Shown one piece after another: positions 52,893 through 64,000 of a stretch of 64,000 nucleotides of DNA. The translations under genes were made by a program, and so were the position numbers. The stretch comes from Octopus sinensis (taxonomy: Eukaryota). The DNA lies in assembly GCF_006345805.1 (NCBI RefSeq), contig NW_021832126.1:1-64000 (forward strand), written 5' to 3'. Position 1 is the stretch's first letter; every line of letters begins with the position of its first letter. Under the pieces are notes generated by a model, which was not told the origin of the DNA, made no database searches, and was given only the letters and a program-made list of their open reading frames with translations.

Positions 52893-53963
52893 ATGAGTAT
52901 CAGACAGGACAGTGTGATTCCACTCAAGAACGACCTGATCCTCCGAGTTGCCAAAGGAAATGTCGACCCCTCCTCCAAAATTCCAGTTTGGGTGATGAGA
53001 CAGGCGGGGCGATACTTGGAGGAGTACCGTCATTTTTCCGCACAAAATGGTTTCCTCAACATTTGCCAAAGTCCCGAATTAATGTGCGAGGCCACGATGA
53101 TGCCATTCAAATATTTTGATTTCGACGCGGCAATCATTTTTTCCGACATTCTAATATTGGCCCTGCCCCTCGGCCTGAAGGTTTCGATGGTGCCAGGCCA
53201 GGGACCGGTCATTTCTCCCAAACTGACAGAATTGGCCAACCCTGTTTTCGACGTTGACTTAACCCAACACCTCAGTTATGTTTATCGCGGAATCGAACTC
53301 ACCAGGAGAGCCTTGGACGGGAAGGTGCCCCTCATCGGGTTTGCTGGAGGTCCCTGGACTCTGTTGAGTTATATGGTGGAGGGGACGCCCACCAAAGTGT
53401 TAAGCCAAGCCCGAAAATGGCTTTATCAATTACCCGAATCAACAGCAACACGCATTTTCGAGTCATTATCTGATTTGATTGTACAACACCTACGACTCCA
53501 AGTGCAGGCAGGCGCACAAATGTTGCAAATATTCGAATCCAATGCAGGAATGTTGTCGACCACACATTTAGAGAAATATCTCCTCCCTGCCCTGCAGCGA
53601 ATCAACAACTCCCTCAGAGACACTCTCCGTGAGGACTACGTGCCCACCATAATATTCCCCAAAGGGTGCAGTATCGCCAGTCTTCAGTGGCTGGCCTACG
53701 AGACCGGATATGACGTGATTGGACTCGACTGGACTACGGAAGTGGGGCAGTTGGGAGACATGAATGGAAAAGCTCTCCAAGGAAATTTGGACCCAGCTGC
53801 ATTGTACTCAAACAAGGACGAACTGTCGGGGTACATCCACGATATGCTCAGAAAGTTCGAAGGACGGCCTTATATTGCCAATCTGGGCCATGGAATCTAC
53901 CCGGATGTGCCCCCCGAGTCAGTGGAGTTATTTGTGGGGACTGTCCACTCTTATAATACCTAA
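52893..53963 (+). CDS. UROD: Uroporphyrinogen decarboxylase, intact and intronless (356 aa)
   Basis: PVWVMRQAGRYL, AAIIFSDIL, VPLIGFAGGPWTL.SYMVEG, QIFES, LQGNLDP, YIANLGHGIYP; colinear with animal UROD without insertions. Confidence 0.97.
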   Translation: MSIRQDSVIPLKNDLILRVAKGNVDPSSKIPVWVMRQAGRYLEEYRHFSAQNGFLNICQSPELMCEATMMPFKYFDFDAAIIFSDILILALPLGLKVSMVPGQGPVISPKLTELANPVFDVDLTQHLSYVYRGIELTRRALDGKVPLIGFAGGPWTLLSYMVEGTPTKVLSQARKWLYQLPESTATRIFESLSDLIVQHLRLQVQAGAQMLQIFESNAGMLSTTHLEKYLLPALQRINNSLRDTLREDYVPTIIFPKGCSIASLQWLAYETGYDVIGLDWTTEVGQLGDMNGKALQGNLDPAALYSNKDELSGYIHDMLRKFEGRPYIANLGHGIYPDVPPESVELFVGTVHSYNT

Positions 53964-54007
53964 TCGGCCTGTTGTCTGCACTAACAAACTAAACTTGTTG
54001 AACAATG

Positions 54008-54607
54008 TTAATGCATATATCGACACTTTCCAGGGGCAGTTCGATGACATTTGTAGCGACAGGGAATTGAGGTTTTGCTCTCCAAGTAGGAATTGAGGAT
54101 GAGATTCCTCTCAATGTCATTAGCGGGGACCACAGTGGAGGGGATTATTCGTCTGTATCGGACAGTGCAGAGAGGACATGTTTTGTGATGTTTATTCCAC
54201 TCATAAATGCAGGGGAGACACACAGCGTGATTACAGTTGTCCATCACACCAAACACACGCAGCAGTGGGTTGGCCTGTTCGGACGGTCGTTGGTAGCAAA
54301 TCACACATTCCTCACTCGAAAGGCATTCTCTGGGGGGGACGTGATGTTTCTCCACAGAGGGGGGGAGGTCGTGGCTGAACCTGCTGTGTTGGGCACTCAA
54401 ATACTTGCATGAAGGGTAGGGACATTCTATGTCACACCACACATACCAACAGATTCGATTCAGACTGTCCACGTTTCCTATATCGTGGGAGAATTTACAT
54501 TTTTCGCCCTTTTTGCAGCTTTTATTCATGTGGTACCTGCGGATGTGGTTGGGGGACACAGACCTGCATGGAATGTTACTTAAGTTGGGTCGTGACCACG
54601 TTTCCAT
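54008..54607 (-). CDS. MKRN: Makorin-like CCCH/RING E3 ligase (compact)
   Basis: Removing in-frame introns 54,537-54,563 and 54,381-54,404 restores two CCCH fingers; makorin-type RING CVIC...ANP..RVFGVMDNCNHAVCLPCI.EW...CPLC; terminal CCCH-like finger. Confidence 0.85.
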   Translation of the reverse strand: METWSRPNLSNIPCRSVSPNHIRRYHMNKSCKKGEKCKFSHDIGNVDSLNRICWYVWCDIECPYPSCKYLSAQHSRFSHDLPPSVEKHHVPPRECLSSEECVICYQRPSEQANPLLRVFGVMDNCNHAVCLPCIYEWNKHHKTCPLCTVRYRRIIPSTVVPANDIERNLILNSYLESKTSIPCRYKCHRTAPGKCRYMH

Positions 54608-54762
54608 TATAATAATCGACTAACAAAATTATTTAATGTTTTCATAATTTACTTTTATTGGTAATAATATTTTATAATTATAATCACTTAACAATCAATT
54701 ATGTATTCTGTAGCCATTAGTTTATAACCATATTTAAATGGTTAAAAAGTCTTGAAAATAAA

Positions 54763-55215
54763 TTATGAATGAAGGCACAAGAATTGAGCATCACATTCCA
54801 AAACCCCGACAATTAGAAGGGCAGAATCAAAGAGTTTCAAATGGACGTGGGACACATTATTTGTTCTCAGGACGTATAGCCCATTTCCATTCCAGCCTGA
54901 TGCAACATCATGCGAGGACACGTAGACCAGCTGGTCATAGTTCAAGGCACGGTAGACCAGCCATTTGTGTCCCCCGACCGAGTTGAGTCTCAAATCCAGA
55001 GTCAAGTCGGGGGTTATGTCCAGTCTTGCCCGCGGACACTCCGAAATGTGCATTTTGTGGGCCAACACTTCGCTTTGGGAAGGAACTGTGGGAATTTTGG
55101 GGCTCATCAGGGGAGAAAGCATTGCTATTAGTTGCACTAGTTATTATTCTAACAAACTCTTACATGCCAGTGAGATGACTGAGGTGACTACAAAGAGTCC
55201 AATCCCGTTAAACAT
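54763..55215 (-). CDS. Hypothetical protein (~140 aa) with hydrophobic N-terminus
   Basis: MFNGIGLFVVTSVISLA, a 27-nt intron, then LQLIAMLSP... joining the 124-codon ORF. No family recognised. Confidence 0.45.
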
Positions 55216-55299
55216 TTCCCATTGTCGTCCAAATACATTATAAGCAAATTTAGATACTCCGAAATATTACTAAATTTAGACATATTCTTGAAATCAAAT

Positions 55300-55730
55300 T
55301 TTCTAAATCAATTTATTAAGCTTGTACATCCCAATGAGTCAATTAAGAAATTTAGGGAGCTGAAAACACACTCTGTTCAGTCAGTTCCTGCGAATAACTG
55401 ACTCGTATTGATGACACAATAAGTCGGTAATAACAAGCCTGAAATTCCCGTATTCACAAAATAAGGAACACAATCACGCTTATTGGATACCTCCCTGAAT
55501 CAGGTTATCCAGAAAACATTGGAAAGTATGTTTGCAGAACATAAGTTTAAAATTATTCCGTTGAGCAACGCCGAAGACTAGATTTACAAATCGAACAACA
55601 ATGAAGCTTCGCTGATTAGGTTATTTAGTCTGATTTCAAAATATCAACAAAGAAGACAATCGTGTGAAATGCACAAGTTTGAAGAGATTTGCTCTGGCTC
55701 TAAGAGGAAGATAATTGACTTAGAGCAGCC
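55300..55730 (+). mobile_element. Decayed R4/Dong-like RLE retrotransposon 3' fragment
   Basis: LKTHSVQSV, GNNKPEI, VIQKTLESMFAEHK and tail ICSGSKRKIID, matching the tail of the 20.8-kb fragment (ICSGSKRRRID). Confidence 0.68.
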
Positions 55731-56054
55731 ATTAATCTAAAAACTAATCTTATTTGAACTGAATTTTTTTAGTGATTAAAATTTCTGTTTATAATTAAAA
55801 TTTTAATTTTTTACATAATTTTAATTTCGGTTGCCCATCTCAGTTAAACAAACAAATCTGCCAAAAGAGAAATTCAAACAGTGGAGATCAAATTCATATC
55901 GCAACCCCACGTGACTAAACTGACAAATGCGGGTGTTAAATGATTAATACAGACAATTGATAAGTTTGTACGAATATGATCTATTTGATTAGACAATTTC
56001 TATTAAACTAACAATTCAACAAAACATTCAACCATTATAAGAAAGAACATTATA

Positions 56055-56819
56055 CTATTTATATGTTGATTGGAGTTGGTCAGTCGGGTTGGTCAATTCT
56101 TCGAATGGAGTCACGTGTAGTCTCATGAATTGACTGCAATAGCTCGATTCACTTTCAATACCAAACGGATTCATTATATGTGGAAGAATTGTAGTTTGTA
56201 CTGAATTCCAGTCTCCACATAATTTCCGCATGTCAAAAGTGCCTGACTGAGTTCTTGAGGGTTTTTGTGCATTAAAGCGAAATTCTGTGTTGGAAAATGA
56301 GTAATCGGAGGGGAATGATTCAGTTACAGAATGAAAAAAAATAGATTCGTATCCTTCGTTGCAGTCTATAAATAATTCCCGTATGTCAAAAATGTCTGAG
56401 TGAGTTGTCGGGGGAATGAAGTCGCAGAGAATCAGAGGTTGAGCTGCATTGGGCATTAGAAAAGGGGCACTGTTCCAGAATTCTCTTTGCCCGAAGAAGG
56501 GAATATAGCCAAAGTCGCAATCACAAAGTTTTAGATCAGTTCTTAGAAAAGAGTTTGTTTGGTTTATCGGCGACTGGAAGCATTTTCTGTAGTAATTCTG
56601 CTGTAGTGGAAATGTAGAGTTGACAGATGTGTTTTGAGGAAAATCGAGTTCCCTCTCAATTTCCATTTCATTGATTTCTTGAAACATATCATCTATTGTG
56701 TGTATAGAAAGACATACCTGTATCACTAGAGTGGTCATCACAGCATATACCACCCCCACTTATACATTTTCATTACGACGGATGTCGCCCACCGTGCAGA
56801 CAATTAAGTTTGTAGACAT
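56055..56819 (-). CDS. Hypothetical protein with ~700-bp uninterrupted exon (start uncertain)
   Basis: 234-codon ORF; a 21-nt intron links it to an ATG at 56,819, giving an N-terminal hydrophobic stretch. Confidence 0.55.
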
Positions 56820-57606
56820 ATCAATGCAAGCCTCCAATTTTAAGGATGTTTTGCAATTAAAATAAACAATTTGTCGTTATGGTATTTTTTATATTAACAA
56901 GACAAGCAAAAGTTATGGAAAAGTCATTAATTTGCGCGGATTTGCTGTTTTTGTTTATAATAGTTCTGTCTTATTTAATCTAAATTATTTAATTTGAATG
57001 ATTAATCAAAAGTATTTTCAGGACAGTAGAATTTATTTTACTTCCAATTTTTCAGATGTGAGTGAAAGACTATTTTTAATAGTATTAATATATTTGATTA
57101 TATTTTTTGAGTATCCTGAAGAACGGACATTAAATTTTTTAGCACATGCAAAGATCTGGACGAAATCTCAAATCTTTTCTCGACTAAGAGACCATCCACT
57201 TGCTGATTTCGGCTATTGCTCCCTGGTCAATTCGATTTTTATTGGAGTTATCCTGCTTTTCGCTAAAAACCTTTTTTCAATAAAAATAATTCAATATATC
57301 AATCCTCTTGAAAAAAAGAGAGGAAAAACTGCTTTTTTCAGCTCAACTTAAACAACGTTATATTCTTGCTAAAAAAGTGAACTTATTCATTATTTCTCAT
57401 ATACAATACGCTCTTGTTGTTCTTCCAAACTGGTAATAATTAGAATCAATTGTTAACGTGAAGTTTATGAATTTGTTTGGAGATAAATAAAACTCTCAAA
57501 ACTCCCAGTATGTCCTTTTAGAACATAAATAATTCTTGTTTTTTTATTAAAAAAATTAATATAGTAAAATAAGAATTTTTTTAAAAATACTTAAATTATA
57601 AATAGT

Positions 57607-58869
57607 ATGGATGATGACGTGGAGAAATTAAGAAATGAAATTGTCGAGCTAAAAGCGAAACTAAAAAAATTCGAAGAGGACCAACCAACGGGGAAAATGA
57701 ACAGTAAAGTGGACAAAACCAATCCTTACAGGTTCACCCATCAAATCCTCATTTCTCAGTCGCCTGATGGCCCTCCAAACCATGGGAATAGTCAAGGATT
57801 ACCAAGTCTCATTCCAAATCTGATTTTTTAGCAAATAAGGAATTTTTCGGTTGCCATAATCGGAGTTGGTGGCATCGGTAGTGTGGCTGCAGAAATGCTT
57901 ACTCGTTGTGGACTAGGACATGTAGATTATTGTATATGTTTATTTTAGGTCGTACTGTTTGACTACGATATAGTCGAACTGGCCAACATGAACAGACTGT
58001 TCTACCAGCCACAACATGAAGGGAAATTTAAAGTCCACGTCGCCAAAAATATATTAAAGTTTATTTATTATAAAATAAATAAAAATACAGTCATATTAAT
58101 CCAGATGTAAAAATAACAATATATAATATGGATATAACTACTGTTGAAAATTACCCGAAATTTGTCTCCGCCATAAAGTCCATTTGAACACTCAGCCCTT
58201 AGTAATGTAGAAATGGTCTTGGCCTGTGTCGACAACTACAAGGCCAGAATGACTATAAACTCTACGTGCAATGAACTAGGAAAGTGTTGGATAGAGTCGG
58301 GGGTTAGCGAGAATGCCATGTCTGGCCACATTCAGTTCATTCAGCCTGGCATGACTCCCTGCTTTGCTGTACACACCCAATGATATATTTAGTGTGTCCC
58401 CCCGCTTATTGTGGCCACTGAGGGGGACGAGGGGAGTATTAGGCGAGATGGTGTTTGTGCGGCCAGTCTGCCGACCACCATGGCAATCATTGGGGGTCTT
58501 TTAGTGCAAAATTGTCTAAAGTTGTTGTATTTTATGTTTGGCAGACATATTTTGAAGTTTGGGACGGTGGTCTCTTGTTTGGGATACAACGGGGTGGTCG
58601 ACCACTTTCCCGTCTACTCAGTCAAGCCCAATCCTTCTTGTATGGATGATTCGTGTCTTCGACAGCAAAAGAAATATACAGATAGAGGCAGTTCAAAGAT
58701 CCAAAATTCAATCGACGGTCAAGAAGGGGACAGTTTTGCTGATTCCGTGATTTCCGTGGTTGATGGAATGGAAAGGGGGACTACGACGGATGAGAAATCT
58801 TCGACTAATGTGGTGGATGGGTCCCTCGATGAGTTAAGAGATGCTTTTAATGTTTTAAATATGATGTGA
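57607..58869 (+). CDS. UBA5: Ubiquitin-like modifier-activating enzyme 5 (UFM1 E1), 8 exons
   Basis: [74 protein letters not shown]. Confidence 0.96.
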
Positions 58870-58907
58870 GAGAGTTAATATAATTGGTTATAGTTAGCTA
58901 GTAGAAT

Positions 58908-61900
58908 TTAATCTACAGAAAATGAGATTTTTTTTGTTTTGTGACTAAATATGACATTATTCGAATACCGTGGGGAGCCGAATTTGTCAAATTTGAAGAC
59001 ACTGAACCAGCCGAGGGAGGTGGGGGACGAAAGGTAGTATCCACTTCCAAAGTGGGAAAACTCCAAAGAGTCACTACCGAATATTTATATAAATCACTAC
59101 GATGGGAAATCTTGTTCAAAGTTTGCGGAATATATAATTTTCAATTGTGGAAACGATAGGACTTGGACTGTTTTATCGGACAGGAAATATATAAATTTGT
59201 TCAGTTTGTTGTTTTTCAGAATATAATCCACCTTCTGGCAATACACTGAGCTATTCCTCGACAGAAAACGAAATTGATTGAGCAGTTTGAGATCTATCAA
59301 TGAGTAAACCTCATCGAGTACTGAAATGAGTTTACCTTGACTTTTCGCCGTGTAAAGACAACAAGAATGTGGTCATCTCCACTCCCCAACTCCGCCTCGG
59401 TCATCCCCAAATTGTCGTCTGTGACATATAATTGCAATATTTCGTCCTTATTTACGAGAAGAATCTCAGTTACTAAGCCCAATGATGCTCAAAGGTCACC
59501 CAGAGTGACGACTGGACTTTTGAATCCCTCATCTCCCTGCTGTTCAACGCTATAAATCATAATTTTTCCCGAATTGGTCCCAACAAAGAGCTTAACCCCG
59601 TGTTGGTGATTTGGGTATTCTGCAAGTAAAAACAGAACAACAAACTCAGGGGAAGATGAGTTCGGGTAAGATGAACTTTCTCGATGGAGGAGTCCACTGG
59701 TATCACAATGTCCGGACCGTGTCCCCGGTTGAGGTGGGTTTGACTTCTGGCACGTGTAAATGATCGTCGGAATGTAGTGTTGAAATGCCTGAACGATCGA
59801 GTCATTTGAGATTTGTCTAAGTTTGATGACAATTGGGGACTACTGGGGACTGTCATGTCGGCTGAGTATATGCATGTCCCAGCCACGTAGTCGAGGAGTG
59901 CAAATCCATATATTGTCCCGATTGCAATTCTGTGTTGATTTTAAAAGAATACATTTTTGACTGGCAGTAGAGACTTAATTTAATATTTTTGTTGGAAGGA
60001 AACAGTTTGAAGACGGACAAAATTAAAAACTCTCCAAAATTGTTTTCAAAGGGGGGACTTTCTCTGGAGGAAATCTCACTGTGGAAATCGGTTATGTTGA
60101 CCAGAGTTGGCTGTATGTTTTAATATGGGAACATACTGAAACGTGTGATTTGTCTTCCAAACAAGTTGATGAACAGTCGAAAACAACAACATGGTCGACA
60201 TAGCCACATATTACGAGGACGTTTGTTGCTGAATCAAAATAGAGTTGATCCACTGAATAGCGTTCGTCCTTTGGGTGTGGGTTGTGAATTAGTGCCTGTT
60301 ATATTCAATCCGAGCATACCTGAGTGACTGGGGGAGAATCCAAGTCCATTACGGAATTCACACATTTTCCAAAATATTTGGCTGTGTCCATTCTGAGAAG
60401 AGGGCGAATACTGTTTTTGGCGACATTCCAAAAAGTGACCATTCCGCTTTTATGCCTACGACTAAACAAGCAACCAAAACCCCGTTATTATAACTTCACA
60501 GTGGTCGTCGCTCTGTTCGAAAGACTCGTTTTCCAACATCCACGACTAAACTAACCGAATTGACAGTTCAACTTGTTTGGAAGCATTTCCGTTCAGTCGT
60601 GACACTTTTCCAGACACTGAATAAAGTGTTTGATATGTTTTCAGAGGTAGAAACACATTTTGTAAACAGAGAATGTTTGGAATGTTAATTGAACACATAT
60701 ATGAAATACTCATTTCCCGCCATTCCTCATCCAACAAGTCCAGGGCAATCATCTCCTCCACACTGAACACCAACAAAACCGTGGCCCTTCCTACGATAAC
60801 TCAACTCTCAGCACCGGTTTTGTCCCTGATAATGAGAAAGTCCACTATTTCCGTGGTGAATTGAATAACCACGTGTTTACTCTTGTTGACAAGAGTGAGT
60901 GTGTCTTCGCAGTGATACGTCAAAGGCACGCCCCCTATAAAGCACAAAAAGTCGTGGGAAGACACAAAATCCATCTTCCTGATTGGACTACAGACTAATC
61001 ATGACTTGACGAAAAATAACCCTGAGAACCGTAGAGAGCGACTTTGTAGAAAAGATTGTTGACATATTTGGTGAAGACAGAGTATGTTCCATCCGAAAAT
61101 GTGCAAGCAAATGAATCGCCCTCACTGCTCCACGAAATAGATCGAATGTTCTGCAGAAGGAGTCATCAGTGCTCATACCGAGTGCATTAAACATTTGTTT
61201 ATGTTTAAATTGCGGATGGAGTCCCAGATTATAACCAGTCCGTTGTTGAAACATATCAGGAATATGAATTCCTCTTTTGGGTTCTGGGCAATGGCACGAA
61301 TGGCAACAATATTTCCGTCATATCTCAAATAGTCCCAGTTTGAATTACCTGTCTCGGCTTTTGATGCAGATTGTTTTAATCTGGATAAAGTTTATCAAGT
61401 CGAGGAGAATAATGTCTTCTCTGGCTCTAGGGGACCGAATATCTAAGGCGAGCCACAGTTTGTTCTGAGCTACGATCGCACATGAAATCCGAGATTCAGT
61501 TCTATGTGTCATTTTTACAATCTTACATCAGACAAAGTTCAATACTTTTGACGAGATTGATCGTCCTTTCTTTTTTGTTGTTCTGCAGTTCAAAAAGGTT
61601 TATTTCCTTGTCTCCCACGACCAGGACTTGTGCCTACTGTTTCAAAAAAAGTCATTACAGTGTTCTCCAAAAAAAACAAAAATTTAGCATTCTCGTTGAG
61701 CGAATGGCGTACTTCTGTGCGGAAATCGCCATAGCTTTGAGAGTTGAGGGGAGGTCATACATGTGTAAAATGTTGTTGGCAGCAACCGCAATCAAATTTG
61801 ATTTCTTATCATACGATATGGCAGAAGGGTTGTACGGGTATCCGATGTCGACGGTCTTGGGTTAAAATTACGGTTAACTTTAGAAAAGTGAAAAGGGTTG

Positions 61901-61965
61901 CTTTCCGGTCGGTTGTTCTCAGTGATGTTTATTTTTTTGATCAAGTTTGAGAAAAAATTGACCAT
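58908..61965 (-). CDS. LLGL: Lethal(2) giant larvae-like WD40 protein (Lgl/tomosyn family, no C-terminal SNARE motif)
   Basis: N-terminus KTVDIGYPYNPSAISYD; basic aPKC-site-like TRSFRHFNTTFRRSFTRARS; C-terminus HILVVF..KVKVYSL, VQVLSFPQLK, GSGYYLSSPT. Confidence 0.82.
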
Positions 61966-63377
61966 CAATCGGAATTATGCCAAAATGAATTCAATGAATT
62001 CCAAAATTTGTGAATTATTTATTGCCAATTTTCAATTTAATTATTATTTTTCAAATAAATTTAAAATATATTTATAAACTAAAAATTAATTTGACAAGAC
62101 TTTAAAAGATTTTAATTCCATCACCTGGTTTAAAAGATTTCCTGGTTCAAATAAAATAAAATCCCATCACCAAAATTAGACTCAACCATACCTTTTTGAA
62201 TTGACTTTCATTTCAAAAATAATGTCCAAAAAATATTAAACAAAAATATGCGTACTAATGAATATTCGCATTAGTGTGCTACGAAAACCTTTCAGGGATT
62301 ATTTTTTGTAATAAGTTTTTTCCGAAATCACGATTATCATAAATAATATCTTTTTGTTCCGCGACTACAAAAATATTTATTTTATGGCATTTCTAATGTA
62401 GAAATAGGTGACTATTAACCGATTCAAATTAACGATGTGAGGATTGAAGAAGTACATTTTAAAAAAGAACATTACCATATTAATAATGCAAAGTCAAGAA
62501 GTTAACTAGAAGATCCTCAACTCCTAATGGCAATCGTTACTCACGAGGAGGAGACTTTAAGAATGGTAAAGAGCAGCTTAATAGAAGGGCAAATTGAAAA
62601 TTCTGTCGAATTTTTGTGAATATTTAATAACTAACTTTTCTAATGTATGCAAATTAAAAAGTTCTGTTTTATTTCAATAATATATAAAAATTAAGGAATT
62701 TTTCTTATTTTTTATGTTTAACTTTCGTACAAAAATCACATTTGTCTATGATATTGATAGATAACCATTTTCCACTCGGATAATTAAAAACAACAAGGCC
62801 ATGTAATTGAGAGTATTTGAATCACTCAGGTTAAAATATTTCTGAATATATAAATCATGGTAATCGTTAATTTGTGTACTAACCAACAAAGAGGTTTTTA
62901 TCTAAATATCGTCTAATCTTAGTAGAACTTTATTAACTAGTTTAACTACTTAATTATCTAAGTACTAAGCTTTCAGAATGAACAAGGGGTGGCACTCCAT
63001 CTAGGTTTTTTTTTCTGTAGACCTCCTCAAACAGTCCAATGGTGTAATAATGGCGACAGTCTGAAGCTAATTCTCAAAAGTTAATAGAACATCTTGGCAG
63101 CTCAATATCCGAAATTATAACATTTCCAATTAAAACAATCTAAAATAAATTAACCGCTTTCGATACTGCAGCACTTTCATCCTAAATAGCATTAAAAAAT
63201 ACAAATAGTATTTCTCTAAATTATTTATACTATTTTTCGGACTTTTTAAAATAATTTTGTTTACCCTTCATATTGTTAATGTTTTATTAGATATCTAAAA
63301 GTGAACATTATGAAACTTATGTTAAATTCTTTATTAAATTTACCGACATGAGATATTATTAGTAACTAAAGAGATAA

Positions 63378-64000
63378 TTAGAGTATTATGTATTCGTATT
63401 GGACTGCCCCGTTTCCATAATTGTTATCCAGTTTGAAAACCTACATTTTTGTGTCAATCCAATAGATATATACATTAATTGTTAGGTCATAACTAAGTTT
63501 TCCTTCTATGCTTATTTCGTATCCAGGAGAATATAAATTTCTTTTTTGGGAAATCATAATGTCCTTAATTTTTTTGCCATAGACATGTGGAGCGTGGGAA
63601 TTTCGGTTTAAAAGAGCATTGCCGTAAATATATTGAAAACTGTGGCTCCACCAAAAATTAGTCTTCAATGTGATATTTTGAGCTTTCTTTGGGATAATTC
63701 CTGCATTATAAAGGTTGTTATCTTGATTGAATTAAAATTTCAAGATTACTTAGAAGTCTTAATTGGAATTGTCCAGAGAAAATCTTGCAAGTCGAATTAT
63801 TCCCTCCGCATACACCACATTTGTCTATTTCCTTATTCGATCCCAAAACATCGTCGCATCCGACAACCTACAAGACTAGTAAAAAAATATGTCAACTGTG
63901 CATGTTGTGCCAATACACAATCCTTTTAACCCCTTTAAGGTGACGCAGGGAGACCCAATCTCGACATCAGCCCATGATATATCAGAACTGTATTGTGTCT
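63378..64000 (-). CDS. ADAMTS/ADAMTS-like protein, 3' end (Cys-rich + spacer); continues beyond window
   Basis: GSPC...GLCIGTTC|[27 protein letters not shown], then a spacer ending LTINVF...VQYEYIIL*. Confidence 0.85.

Larger units (their letters stand above)
32812..53334. repeat. Copy 2 of the ~20.5-kb segmental duplication
   Basis: Near-identical to 1-20,499. Both borders fall inside intact genes (calmodulin on the left, UROD on the right). Confidence 0.98.

Noticed and set aside
52893-53963. Bacterial horizontal origin for the intronless UROD
   Set aside because: Motifs (MVPGQGP, QIFES, ANLGHGIYP) follow the animal/opisthokont type.
56998-57351. 117-aa AT-rich ORF
   Set aside because: Non-ATG start, low-complexity composition, no motif or splice support.
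62254-62275. Small hairpin actaatg...cattagt
   Set aside because: A 7-bp stem is expected by chance in AT-rich DNA; no Helitron-type CTRR end follows.

Overview
Compact eukaryotic DNA with an animal-type gene set. Genes are densely packed, intergenic spacers are AT-rich and 40-270 bp long, and spliceosomal introns are ultra-short (21-34 nt in every gene I parsed by hand). This fits a dicyemid mesozoan best, but that is inference. The dominant structure is a near-identical direct duplication of 1-20,499 at 32,812-53,334. Each copy carries calmodulin (5' part only in copy 1), an SLC26 anion transporter, PIH1D1, SEC62, DNAJC13/RME-8, CATIP, a decayed 28S rDNA fragment, an orphan secreted protein, a CRE-like retrotransposon relic and UROD (truncated in copy 1, intact and intronless in copy 2). 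Between the copies lie an MCM7 fragment, FHAD1, a Prickle/testin-like PET-LIM gene, relics of two restriction-like-endonuclease (RLE) non-LTR retrotransposon families and a ~72-bp inverted repeat. After copy 2 come a makorin-like gene, two orphan genes, UBA5, an Lgl-like gene and the 3' end of an ADAMTS-like gene. All gene identities come from manual exon parsing and remembered family motifs; no database search was run. I found no clearly new biological system. The best leads are the duplication with its allele-like SNP spectrum, an R4/Dong-like retroelement family resembling microsporidian elements, an orphan secreted gene with a GC-AG micro-intron, and the intronless UROD.
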